Made by a program: the position numbers and the translations under genes. The notes below the pieces were generated by a model. It did no database searches. It saw only the letters and a program-made list of their open reading frames with translations, and was not told the origin of the DNA. DNA of 61,438 nucleotides, the filler included, from Platydemus manokwari (lineage: Eukaryota), in NCBI GenBank assembly GCA_037951405.1. It is 5 parts of 5 records of this genome, joined end to end, with 100 filler letters (N's around TTAATTAATTAA, not from the genome) between each part and the next. Parts side by side here need not be neighbours in the genome. Positions count along the whole stretch, not along the records: positions 38,601 to 48,560 come from JBBMOY011184767.1; positions 48,661 to 61,438 come from JBBMOY011968045.1; 3 more parts are not named here. One strand, given 5' to 3'. Each line of letters opens with the position of its first letter. Positions within the stretch are counted from its first letter, which is position 1. Shown in pieces: positions 38,601 to 57,102 of this stretch.

Positions 38601-39377
38601 CTTTTACACCAAAATCTCTTTCTTGCACAATTGGACTTGGCTTTTTGAACGACGTCTCCTTCTGAAAGGTCTTTCTTGGGTCACTTTGAAATACCAACTA
38701 AGCATATATTTTCTTGATGGCGTTTATGGGCTTCGCCGAGGTCAACTTCTCGAAATTGATAGCTAGCTCTCTTCTTTTATCGTCGGAAATTGCAGGGTCG
38801 AGAGTAAAAGACTTTGTAGAATAAATATCCCTTAAATTTCTTCAAGAGTGTTTTTCTTGTCAAACACCTCCGAAACTAGCTTCTTTACTCAAAGTTCATA
38901 ACTGCGATATTTTTCATCTGGTCTTTGTTGCATTGTTGCCAAATCCTGAACCTTGTTTCTGTTTTTGCATGTGAAAATGTTTCCAAAAACCATTTCTTCA
39001 TTTGAAACAGCCTCTTTGAAACTGCTGAATTCTTGCCACACTTGTTTGGGGTCATCTCTCAAAAGCATGTCAAATGCAAATAATAGTTCCATTTGATTAA
39101 AGGTCGCGAAATCTTAGGTTGTTTGGAACCATTTCTCAGCGTCTTGGATTGATGAATCGAAAAATGATGGTTTCGGGATTAATAGTTTCTGATTTTTTTG
39201 TGGCAGATTTGCAAAATTTTCTGCCTCTCTTCTCGCTTAGCTCTAGTCAGAGCGTTAATTTCGGCGTGGTCGCCAGTTAAAACATAATTCGTGTTCATCA
39301 ATATTTTTATTCAATTTCAAAATTACACCGTTTGTCTTTTTAATATTAAAACAAATCTCACTCTTTATCTAAATACA
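38601..39377 (-). mobile_element. Second Ty3/Gypsy copy (5' LTR, PBS, gag), same family as 12981-15705, truncated by the gap
   Basis: Collinear nucleotide similarity with ~15010-15705. Gag ORF with ATMQQRPDEKYRSYEL (Q-x3-E-x4-Y motif). Short LTR 39377-39275, immediately followed by PBS TGGCGACCACG. Confidence 0.88.
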
Positions 39378-39384
39378 TTAATCA

Positions 39385-39415
39385 AGATAATAATAATAAT
39401 GATAATAGTAATAAC

Positions 39416-39450
<35 letters not shown>

Positions 39451-39490
39451 CATCAATAATAATAATAATTTAATAATAATAATTATAATA
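39385..39490. repeat. (AAT)n microsatellite
   Basis: Imperfect AAT/AAC run directly next to the LTR. Confidence 0.9.
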
Positions 39491-39512
39491 AAATATTTTT
39501 ATTCTTGTTCAG

Positions 39513-42500
39513 AATTCCACTCTCTACCTTCCAAAGGTTGGTAAAGACGATCGAGGAGTTTTTCGATGTCATGCTGTTAATAATGTTGGCATTTCCGATC
39601 AGTTTGATGTGATGGTCGAGGTGACGTATAAGCCAACAGTGAGACAGGCACGTCGACATGGTGCCTATGCTCAGATGGCAAATCAAAATCATGAGATCAT
39701 GATCGAATGTATTGTTAATGGATATCCAGATCCAGATTTGTTCTGGTATCAAGGCGTGTATGACCCAACCAAGCCTGATAATTGGATTTTCAACGGTGTC
39801 AGGCATCAATCGCAGAAAATCGTCAGTTATGGAGCTGTGGGAACGAATGTAGAGTTTCTAATTTTTTTTATTTATTGATTGTTTCCATTGGTTTCTTAAC
39901 GTTATCTCACTGCGAAAGCTGTCACCATTTAAAAGACATTAAATTGCCATTCCATCAAATAATGAAGTCATTTCTAATGGAAAAAGAAATGATTAGTGTG
40001 TGAGATGAGATATATTATAATCGATAATAAGGGATTACAACGGGTGCATTCAGCTAAATGATAAGTGATATTGAATGATAGTGATAATAAACCACTGAGT
40101 GAATAATGTAATACTGGATTCGAGGTCCAATCATATTCCCCGGAGTAGAAAAGCGAGCGATTGTCAGTGGTTTTAACGAGCCAATCCTAATGGCCCTTAA
40201 TGAGTCATAGTAGGACAGAATAATTTGCTTTTCAAATTTTAAATGTTCGCACTATAAAATAGAGTAGTCAAGTTTCGATATGTTGGATTTCATAGCAGCC
40301 GATTATTCTTCTTCCGTTCATCAAAAACTGAATTAAAGGACTTACATAGTTAATCTCGACATGACGATTCTGAACCATTTATTCCTTTTCCATAGTTGTC
40401 AATCCCAATTTCACCATTTTATTCTTTGACAAATGAATTCTGCATTCGAGCAAACACACTGAAATCTTTGATTCCAAACCATTCATGTTTTTAATGTTAA
40501 ATTTGTCGCAGAGATTATTCGAAAATGGCAAGATATCTAAGTTAAAATTTTTCGTAAATTTGGTTGCCATAGCTCCACGTTTTATGAATGGTTTTACTTT
40601 GTTTGATTGAATCGATAAATGTATTTCGGGAGTACCATGTAGTCATCATGTAGCGATTATGTTCTACAATTGAATTGATACCCTTTGGAAATGGTTATCG
40701 AATGAGATTTTTGATTCGGTTTGGCTTGTATTATTGGATTAATTAAAACAATTTGATTTATCAATATATTTCATCGATTACATTACGATATTTTTTTAAA
40801 TGGTCATCCTTTTCAGGTAACGGATGTATTCTTTGTATTGAGAATTCTTAATGTCCAAGAGAGCGATTTCGGAATGTACACTTGCCTGGCCAGTAATGCC
40901 ATTGGATATGATCAGGCAAACGTCACAATTTTCAGTGAGTTTTGTGCACTTATAAATATTCATTTATCAATATATAATTCAATCATATTTTGTTTGCAAC
41001 TATTATATATGTTTCTCCTTTAACATAGCAGTTAGAATCCAGGTAAAACCTTTGTTATTCTTTGAATTAATGGAGTTAAAGGGTTTTTCAATTTTGATCT
41101 TTTTTTCGGAACGCAACATTTGTTTTACATTGACTTCCAGTTTTTTAATGAAATCTTTTCCAGGACGCTAGTTGTTATTTTATACGCTTTACGAGGAACG
41201 CATCCGTATTGATATTTTAGTAAAATCTTTAAGAAAGTCGATAAATATGTGCAATTATTTTTCACCACTGAAATTATCACGAATATTTGTGATGTAGAAT
41301 TGTAAACATTAGCAGTTGACATGGTGATTAAGTAATATTATAAATATTTATTCTATATGGACATAACTGTCATGACCTTAATGATAATAAAGATATTGGT
41401 AATAATATTATAATATTATTAAATTTATAATTATAAATAATAATGATAAGAATAACAAATATTTGAAATAATTAATCGATCATAGGGCTGACACTAATCG
41501 ATAACCTATTCGTCATTTACTATAGATTACTAATAATTTATCTTCTATGATATCACTAGATAATTTTGAAATTTCGTGACTTGAACAAATATGGTTAAAT
41601 TTGATTGGCTGGATTAAGGAAAACATTGTTAACAAAAGCATGAAAAAATAAATTGATGATATTTTAGTGAATTGTGACTTGTTTCGAGTATAGAATGACA
41701 TAGATTCTGGAATCTCTCTGATTTACCATTTAAATTCATCTTTAAGATTATTATCAATAATCAAAAAGAGACATTTACAGATTCCGATAAAAAACCGAGA
41801 AGTCGAGCTATTTCACTCTGATCATGGAGTTGAGTGAAAAAATGAAATAATATGAGAAATAATTAAATTCAAAAGAACCTCTTAATAATAATATCAGGAA
41901 ATTCATACATCTTACACCATAGGAACATATTAACGTGAGATTCAGTGATCCAAATTGTCCGTTTCGATGTTATTGTTTCCGTCATTATTAAAGTTGATTA
42001 TTAACTTTCAATGACAATTGTTATTATATATCGATTGGCCAATCGATCGCATCGTGCTTGTTAAAATGTGCAATTTCAGTATGCATGAAAATTTTAATTG
42101 GAAACTCGTTAATCCAAGTTGAATTTAAAATCTCTCATCGCTTGTACTTAATAATTGATTTTAATAATTATTTTAATATGCTCTATCAATATGTGTACTG
42201 CAATGGGGGGTAGCAAGATGCAAGTTGCTCTTTTTGGCACTTATATTATCAATAATAGTACCAATAAATTATTCATATTATTATTGATTATTATAATTAT
42301 TATAACAATGATAACACTCGTCATCACAATAATAATAATATGGTATTCATCTTAAGATTATTAATTATGGGACATAAATCATGGGAAAAATAACCATTGA
42401 TTGAATAAAATTGATAATAAATTTTTTTTATGTTTTGTTTAAAAATTAATTTCTAATATTTTAAAAATTCATCGCTTAATGTATTTGGTCTTTTCTGTAT

Positions 42501-42760
42501 TCTGAATGATTAACTTTAAATCTTAGAAAAATATTGTTTTCCACACGTAAAAATTTCTCTAAATATTTTTAATATATAATTATCTACTGCGTGTTGTGAG
42601 TAGTTAAATTATTTCTATTTTAGGACAACAAGTTTGTCAAGGAGCTTTGTGTAAATATTTAGGAAGTTCCGATACGAAAGCTCAAGTGCCTCTGCAAATG
42701 ATGGAAATTCTTTTGATGCTACTGGGTACTTTTGGTATCGTTTATACCAGGTTGATATGA
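39513..42760 (+). CDS. Lachesin/IgLON/Amalgam-type GPI-anchored Ig cell-adhesion protein, last three exons (39513-39848, 40817-40934, 42624-42760)
   Basis: Phase-compatible GT-AG exons give NSTLYLPKVGKDDRGVFRCHAVNNVG...VEVTYKPTV...IECIVNGYPDPDLFWY...GTN|VTDVFFVLRILNVQESDFGMYTCLASNAIGYDQANVTIF|RQQVCQGALCKYLGSSDTKAQVPLQMMEILLMLLGTFGIVYTRLI*. This covers the end of one Ig domain, a full Ig domain and a hydrophobic GPI-signal-like tail. AATAAA at ~42949. The 5' exons lie outside this contig. Confidence 0.9.
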
Positions 42761-43299
42761 TTTGACTATTTTGTAAATTTGGCTGTGAAATTATTCTTTA
42801 CATAATCTATCTTTTATCATTCCTAAATTTCAATATATTTATCGAAAATAATTTCGTACTTGGATAAATTATTGTGTTATCCTGATTTTGTTGTTTTTTC
42901 CATTTATAAATCAGAATCTGTCGAAATCAATATTTTTATTGTTTTATTAATAAACGAATGATTTTAGTGTTGCATTTCTTTTTAAAAGCGCGCACACACA
43001 CATTTATATATACACCGTGTGATTCATAGCTGGTGGTGCACGATTGAAATGTTTTTGAAATTCGTGGCAAGCTTTGGCACTATTCTGCTACACTATTACA
43101 TGGCTAACTATAAACACTCTATCCGCAAGCGAAAATTTGACATCACCAGCTGCTTCTGCCATATTGTAATAATGCAACTGATTAATAAAAAATAAGAAAT
43201 AAAGTACATTAATCAGTGAATAATAATTAATATCAACGGGTATAAATATGTGAATATAAATTATATTGTGTTTTTTCGTTTTATTTTAGTTTTAGAGAC

Positions 43300-43720
43300 G
43301 CAGGCTTATGAATTGCACGGTATAAATATAGGGTTTCGATATTTTGCCGAATGATTGCTGAATTATAATTTTAAAATATCCATTATTGAAAATTGGATCC
43401 TGAAATAGATCATTTTAGAAATGGTTTCGGTATCATCAAATTGCTCTTTGATCTCTTTCACGAATCGAGTTCCGTTGCAACAATTGTTCGATACATGATT
43501 CTTTTGATTAATGAGAGTATGACCTTGCATTATACATAGCAGTGATTTTCAACCAACATCCTGCAAAATAAAGTCGATCCCTGATGGGAGGCTAAGGAAA
43601 ATGTTATATACATATATTCAACTCGTTTCCAATTTGATGAAATGACGAACCATCCGCAGAATATTCAATAGTTTTTCTATATGTTGACATCAGTTACTGT
43701 TTTTCTTCAAAAAACATTTT
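43300..43720 (-). mobile_element. Possible Helitron PIF1-helicase remnant
   Basis: Degenerate translation shows IEKLLNIL...SLPSGIDFILQDVG...NNCCNGTRFVKEIK...AKYRNPIFIPC in the order of the Helitron motifs INEKILxLLPG, PSGLPPHxLxLKVG, LCNGTRL and VxIPRI. Confidence 0.4.
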
Positions 43721-45341
43721 CGGTTTGCCTCATGTCTACGGAGATGAATTCTAAAAGGATATTTCTATTAATGCTGTTGTCAAACACGTTTATAATACGT
43801 TCAAGAATTTTTTAGCATTGTTAAAGATTGACGGGTGTTAATATAATAATGATAATTTCAAATTGCGAATGCACAATTTGTAAAAAGATTTTGATTAATG
43901 TCATAAGATCAGAAGGATTTTTATCGCTAATAAAATATAGTTACCCTAAATCTTCAATTTATCTGGACTTCAAACAGATAAGAGGTTGTTGTCGGTGTAT
44001 GCTCGGGTAGATATAATAAAAATATTATTTAAAATATAAATGATAATAAAATAAAATTCAATAAACAACAGCAAAATAAGACAAAATAAAATATATTGAT
44101 AATCAAAATAAAACACAATAAATTTAGATAACTCAAGGCGGTAATCGCTATTGTAGGAGGAAGGAGTTGTGTGTCAAGAAAACAGTAAAGGGCGTACAGC
44201 TTAGGTGCTCGGGTAAGCCTCTCGTGACAAAAGTTAAGTGGGGAACTTTATAAGTGAGAACCTAGGTAATTTAAAAGACCTCAAGGCTAATAATAGCCAT
44301 GGGTCGAGAAACAATAAAAAATTTACTCATAGATTGCATCATAAATTATCTTCAGGCAATAATATCTTCAGTTGTAAATTGGCATACAAAATGGAATTAT
44401 CATACAAAATTCAGCTTCGGAATTGAGCTTGAATGTGAAAATGTTCAATAAATAACTTCTCGGAAAAAATTTTGCTTCCTGTAGAAATTAGACGTATAAA
44501 CTAATAGTCGAAATTGTGTAGGTCGTAATTGTGCAAGTGTTAACTGTTTGTGTCAGTATATATACTGATTTGTCTCTATTTGTGAGTCATACATCTTGTT
44601 GCTACTTTGGGTAACATTCTATGCTTGGTAGCATATGTTGCTAATTTTAGCATACGTACAGCATAGGTTACTATTTTTAGCCTATGTGTCTATTTATGGC
44701 AACAAGTGTAGTTATTTTAGTTTTACGTGCACCGTTGAATCTATTTTTAGATTTGAATGTGATTTTACTCGATGACCTTAATGTTGATTAATTTTGGTGC
44801 AGTAAAACAAATTTAGGAATTTTGTAAATATTTGCGGTATTTTTGAAAAAAAAATTATATTAATTTATTCTTATTTTTAGTTAGTTTGGTTAGCTCAAAA
44901 TGGCCTGGTTAGTTCCTCACAGCATATATCCACTTTGACGCTTTTATTCATAACTTACATAGTATTCGCTACGAACTGGATGTTTGTAAAGGCCATAATA
45001 TTCACAAAATGATGAAAAACACAGATACCGATTCTTAAATTGATTATGAAACTTGCTAAGTTTGCCATTCCCGCTTTATATAAAGATTCTCGCTAAAGAA
45101 AAAGTTTTTATCTAATATGTTTATTTAAATTTCAAAATTTATACGCAAAGCGTACAACCCTTTACACAGGATTTGGTAGTCAATTAAACAGGGAATCACT
45201 TCCAAGCACTTCTGTTGATAATACTAGCTCAAAATCTACTTGTTACGACTAAAATTCGTTAATATTCAATTACTAATTAGAGCATTGCTCATACAATATT
45301 TTACCTCCTTACAACTACTCTTATTGTGCGATCCAATACAC

Positions 45342-45452
45342 CAGGGGTGGCCAGCCGGTCCGTCGCGATCTTTAATCCAATTTCAGTCTGTCGCGTGAGA
45401 TGTTATTCAAATGAAAAGTCAATTTTACGTACACAAAAGTTGGCCACCTCTG
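45342..45452. mobile_element. hAT-family MITE, 111 bp
   Basis: TIRs CAGGGGTGGCCAGC / GTTGGCCACCTCTG. 8-bp target-site duplication CAATACAC / TAATACAC (7 of 8 match). Confidence 0.88.
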
Positions 45453-46919
45453 TAATACACTAATTAAAATAAACATCTTACTTTGTCTTTGTATTCTTGT
45501 TAATAGCGAATATAATCAGTTTGGTGGTTGTTTAAATAGTTATTTTTCGATACACACCCTTTTGTGTGAATCATGTTGTTTATTTTAGCCATTATGTTTA
45601 TATTTTCGAATTAACGCTTTCGATTTATAATTTCCATTTTCTACAATAAATTCTAATTATTAAGTTCAACAACTTCTAAGATGTAGTTTTTAATAAATTT
45701 TAATCTTAAAAATTATTATTATAATAGTTTAATTTAATTTTTAAAAATAGTAGTTTCATTCTATTCTTTTATGCTTCATATTTCTGATTATTATTTTTCA
45801 TTTTCTAATTTATTATTACATATTTACTTCTACATGTATATTTATTGCTTTAAATTTTACTTTGATTTACTATTGGGCTTTATCAAACTTATTACCAATC
45901 AGTTTACTGAACTGTTTACTTATCTAACAGGCAATCCATTGATAAACCAAACTGATCAGTATCTCATGACTACTCGACTATATATTGTACTTCTTAATCT
46001 GTGTTTGTTTAACTGGAACACTGGATGTTTGGAGTCAATACTAAACTTTTGTGCAATGTTAAGCTAATATTGAAAAATAATCACCACAAATTTATTTGAT
46101 GCGTTTATTATTGCCGTTTAATTATGATTTTAATTGTTTTCAAATTCACAATAAAATTTTTCCCACGATTTTGGAAATTGATTTCAATTTCTACAAAATG
46201 ATATGATAAACTTTGTTATTAATCTTTCAACAAATAATAATAATATTTCGAAATAATAATAATGGTTTGAAAAATTTTCTTTTCAAATCAATTGATCGCA
46301 TCATGCGAACTTTTGAAGTTAATATTTTAATTATTGGGCTTATATACAAAAAAATATATTATAAATAATTCCACAAATATCCTAAAGAGAATTACAATAC
46401 AACACTAGATACATAATTGCAATAGCTGATTTTTGGACTATTAATTTGAAAACAATAGCAATATGTTTCCATGCCCATTCATTTTATTGGGGCTGAAACT
46501 GACTCCAAGAATATATAGAAAAATATTGAACAAATTTTATATAGATAATCGGCGAATAAAAATATAAAATTTCGATGAATGAATATGTTTGACACATTTT
46601 AACTTCCAGTAACATTATTAGGCATAAATAATTTATCATTACTTGTTGATTTGAATCAAATACTAGTTTATGCGCTGTTTTCAATGGTTTCCATTTACAA
46701 TCTTAGTGGGGCTTTCTTTCAGTTGCGTCACCTTTTATATTCCTGTTCTTCATTTGACTTCTGATTTAATCCGTGGAATATAATACTCTAGGTTTTGCAT
46801 GATGATTTAATAGCAAGTTTAGTTTTGAATAAAGCGAGATAATATTTGCTATCTTGAAATTTAAATGGTGATTTATTTTTTAATTTCCGATTTATTTTCG
46901 ATTTTGCTTTCGAATTGTT

Positions 46920-47460
46920 GACAATAAAAAAGCTATACAATACTGTTGAGTGAGACAGAATCTTGCAAAACAAAAACGGATTTGCACCTCGGAACCCTTG
47001 TTTAATCCCTTAAACATTCGCATACCGACACAGCCATACAGACATGGCAATCAACCAATCATAGTTGAGTTAGATAGAAAAAGATAATTGGAAAAAGGCC
47101 ATAACTACACAACAATACTCACATAGGATTGACCAATCACACACATACAAAAACCAAAAGTCTAATAGAAACATGGCAAGTAAAGATCAAATTAAAATGT
47201 GACTCGAAAATTACAGAGATCTCGAGGATAAATATCGATGCAACGATGGCCAACTCCAGTTGAAAGCCAAGTTTTGGTTACGATCTTTTGGGATATTGTA
47301 TTGAATTTTAGAGTCGTACTGAGTCGTACGGGCACCAGTTGTGAGTCATACTGATTAATACGTGAGTTAGAAATAAACATACAACCTTCGATTTTTGGAG
47401 CCAGCAATTATCTAGTTATTCAGAATTGAGTCTCCAACGATACTTTCGAATCATGGATAT
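46920..47460. mobile_element. Possible LTR-like repeat fragment
   Basis: GC-elevated non-coding block with CCAAT motifs and a short internal GAGTCGTAC duplication. No recognisable protein. Confidence 0.25.
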
Positions 47461-48560
47461 GCTTATAAATAATTGAAATATACAAGAAAAAACAAGTATT
47501 CGTTTGTGTTTCATGAATTTGTTTATTTTGTGTTCTTAAAAATGTTATTCTACTTGATGTTTAATAATAGTAATCTTTTAAGTTAAATCAATCTTTCATA
47601 CTGGATAAAATAATATCAAATTAAAATAAACATTACATGTTGTCGCAGAAACATTATATAAATTCTCTATCTTGTTGCCCCTGAACTAATTTATCCGAGA
47701 TTGAGTTAATCAGTCAAATTCCTAATTTTAATGGATCACATATTTTCATATGAATCAACTATCTTCCAATAAACAAACGTAGGCATGTAAATAAACGAAG
47801 GAGGCATGTTAATCAGACCAAGTTATTTATTGTAACCTAATAGCATAGCATAATAAATTTACCAGGTTAATTCGGGTTTAAAAGGTAGAATTTGATACTG
47901 AATTATGAAATTGAAAAAATCTACTAGTTAGGAATTATGAATGTTCCGAATGTACGTGGAAAAGCTTTAAAGATGAAATGATATCTATTCAGAGATCATT
48001 GATTATGATTTAAAAATGTATATTATCTTTGTTTACATGTGCAGGCTTTAATATCAAATTTCAATGAGTTATATTTTTAAAGTGGAATACAACCGACTAT
48101 TGTCGATATACAAAACAATTCATTGACAGTGCAATGCATATCATATTATTACACATGTAAAGTATAACTACCAAAACAATTGGTCTACTAATTATCCCAT
48201 AAAATTTAGCATTAAAATGTTTTGGAAGGACTTAGAATGGTTGGCGTCCATAGAAAAGTATAACCAAACAGAAAATTTGGACTTGTTGTCAATTTGAAAA
48301 CTCAACTTGGTTAAGACGACAATATTATAATTATTATCTATTGGTTTTAAAAATAGGTTTTGAGATGTGTCAGTACATAGCTTGTTATTTCGATACCAGT
48401 TATTAACAAAAAATCTCAAGAAGTTAAATATATACAGTCGAATTTGGCTAATATCAGTCTAATCAAAATTCCATTAACTATTTGCTATAGATTAGCAATA
48501 ATTGTTTTTACTTCGTTCAATATATATTCATTTAATTTCGATTTTTGAAATTTTGATATC

Positions 48561-48660
48561 NNNNNNNNNNNNNNNNNNNNNNNNNNNNNNNNNNNNNNNN
48601 NNNNTTAATTAATTAANNNNNNNNNNNNNNNNNNNNNNNNNNNNNNNNNNNNNNNNNNNN
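48561..48660. other. Assembly gap / artificial contig linker
   Basis: 44 N + TTAATTAATTAA + 44 N. Confidence 0.98.
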
Positions 48661-50981
48661 ACATTTCTATTATTCTTTGTGGGAAAATATGTTTGACTAT
48701 TTAATTCATTCCTATTAACTGTGACCATTTCTCTTTAAATATTATCTTTGAAAACTTCAAACCACAAAAGTATATTTAAGCAAAACATTCAAACAAATTA
48801 TATTGATCATTTAAATATCAATTGATTTTTAAATCATCACATCCATCTTTAAAATCTTTGATTTTCTTTTTATTGGATTCTCTATCTATCTATCTACCTG
48901 TCTCGATCAACATAAATCACTATTTATTCCACATATGTTCTAAACTTCTCAAAATCGATCCCATATTCGTTGTTACCATGTTAGCTACAACTCCCTCAGG
49001 AAATACACTTCACAGAAATCATATTTAATCCAAATATTCAAAAAAATATTAAATGAATTATCTTTATTTATATATTATTAAACCATCGCAATGTCTACCA
49101 GAAATATCATCGTTAAATTTTGAACAATTCAAAGATTGATATACAATAAAATACTTTTTTCAAAAGACTTGTATAAAAAATACAACCGCCAGTTCAAATT
49201 TTAACATGACATGTAGATTATCGAAAAATCTGTAAACATTATATTTACAATGAAAAATAAAATATTTTATTTAAAGATCCAGATTTCCGTAACTCCATGT
49301 TGATTTGATTTGAAAGAAATGCGGTATGGCTTCGGATTGTGAATTACTGATGTAAATAATTAAAATTGTCATAATATTTTCACTATTTTCCAGATTATTG
49401 CAGCAACATGCATGATGAAGACCCTAATACCAATAATTCAATTTTACTCATACCTTTATTATTACTCTAAATCTATCTATCTATTTATCTATCTATACAC
49501 ATATAATATCGGACAAAAAATAATCACTAATTCAGTTTAATTTCTTTAAAATAACTCAAATTCTTCATAATAGTTTTCCTCCAGCGCACTCACAATTTTG
49601 AGTTGTCATAAAATGAGAAATATATTGATCTCAGATTATCGTTAATTAATAAGTCGTTTATAGTTTCACCATGTATATAAACAGCAATTCAAAAGCAATA
49701 ATCCTACAAAATTCAACATATAAAATCTTACACCGACATCCAAGGTTATCTCACTTTTATCATTGAAGATAATAACTCACCAAGTCAGTGTAACAACAGC
49801 TTATTCATTCATATAAGCGATATGCTTCAACAAGCATGACATACAATATATATCACAATAAATAATATTTCAACCAACGATATTATTTTTGAAAGTGTGT
49901 GAAAAAAATAAATATCTTTACAAATTTATATTTATAGAATAAACAGAAAGAACAAAAACCACGATATATTAAATATAGTACATACGAGAAACAGAAAAAA
50001 ATATCAATAAGTACTGATCTATATTTCTTGTAAAAAAAATTGCAAATTTTCTAAAAAAGAAACAACTTTATTCTATAATACCTTACTAATTTCTCCGACC
50101 AAATCAGAACAAAACATACATTTTTGACAGGTATAAATCATAGTTAGACTAACTTAGTTATAAATCAGCTTTCAGCAACCATATGTCTATAGATATAACT
50201 AATTTTTGAATCACGCTATTAAGATTATTCATTAGAAATAATCCCTTCCTTTCAGTTAACATTAATTTATCCAGCTACTTTGTAATTCTAACTCAAAATA
50301 CTATCAACGCGACCCTCGAATAAAGATCAAAATCTGGCACGAAATCAAATTTAATTTATTCCAAAAAATATTTTCATTTTGGCAGTAATATTCCAAAAGA
50401 ATTTTATTAATAATCCAAATATAATACATATTTTATATGCATCTGGAATATTAGATTATCAATGATATTGTTCGAATAAAAACAAATTGCGGTCATTTAA
50501 TATAATGATGATTGGAGAAAGTCGTTGGTTGCAGACACACCAGGGATAGAAATATATTGACTCATGCCATTACTAATCCATTTACAGAAATCTGGAATTT
50601 TGCTTATTTGTTGAAAAACATACTATCAGTTTCAACCACTCCAAACAGGTGACTGATCATGATTTTTATGGAAATTTTACAATCCATCCATAAAAATATA
50701 GACAGTATTTTGAAAAATTGTTTTATTGTCATAATTATGATTTAACCCATCGAATGACTAATTAACTGTTTACCATGGACAAATGAAAAAAAATCATCCC
50801 GATTATGTAATAATGCGGTCCATACATCGGTGGATTCATGCATAAATTATCACTTATTTACGGCACCATTTCATCCAAATGTCAAATTAGAATAATCAAT
50901 ATTCAAAGCCACAGACATACTATGGCTTTAATATTAACATAACATGGTGATTGTGTATAAACAATATAAACAAAAAATTAC

Positions 50982-56343
<5,362 letters not shown>

Positions 56344-57102
56344 GATTGAAAAAATAGTTTTAACAATAACATCTAATTTTTGCTCAGTAATATAGATAAT
56401 ATCAAAAACAAAGACACAAAGAACTATTCGCTTTTCTAATTGGAGCAGGCAGTATTACAGAAAATGATAGAGTGCTGTATTCGACCCGATAGTTTATTAG
56501 ATGCAATCACTGGTAAATACACATGAAAAATTTTTCTACCAGTTAGAAAAGGCATACAAGGTGACTTTGTTTCCTTCATGACTCATTACTTTGTATTACT
56601 AAGATTTCTAGCAAATTGTATCACTAGCTTTGTTTGTGTGTAGGCATTTGCAGATATATTGTGTGTGCGTATAACAAATTAATCATCTGATTTGAATATC
56701 CACTACTTATAATTACAAACAATGAATAGAATTTATTATAAAATATTAATAAAACTCAATATATCAACAATTTCAAACATGAATTAATGTTTTTTTTCGT
56801 AAAAACACGATTAAAATTTATTCAAATCTAATTTAATTTGTAAAAGCTGTAAAAATATTTCTTAATAAATAATCAAAATTTTTTTTATAAAATACTTTTT
56901 CATAATGATTACATTGAATTTGATTTTGAATTAAAAATGAAGTTTTAAAGTTTCCAAAATAATTTAGAATTATAAAAATGAAATAAGAATTAAGTTTTCT
57001 ATAATAAAAGTTTATTGGTAAATTTTGAAAATTGCCTTGTTTAAGTTGTTCATATTTTCAAATTAAAATATGGTATTTTATAATTTTTTTAAAAATAACT
57101 AG
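56344..57102. promoter_or_regulatory. Divergent (probably bidirectional) promoter region between NLK and TADA3
   Basis: The start codons are 759 nt apart head-to-head in one contig, with an extremely AT-rich core at 56700-57100. Confidence 0.55.

Noticed and set aside
40340-40665. Antisense exon-like block (ORF 40379..40570) inside a Lachesin-like intron
   Set aside because: No single open frame between the candidate acceptor and donor, and no recognisable protein motif.
49380-49430. Cys/His-rich stretch as a candidate NLK 3' exon (RYHTCMCKCC region)
   Set aside because: No frame gives a convincing match with compatible splice sites.
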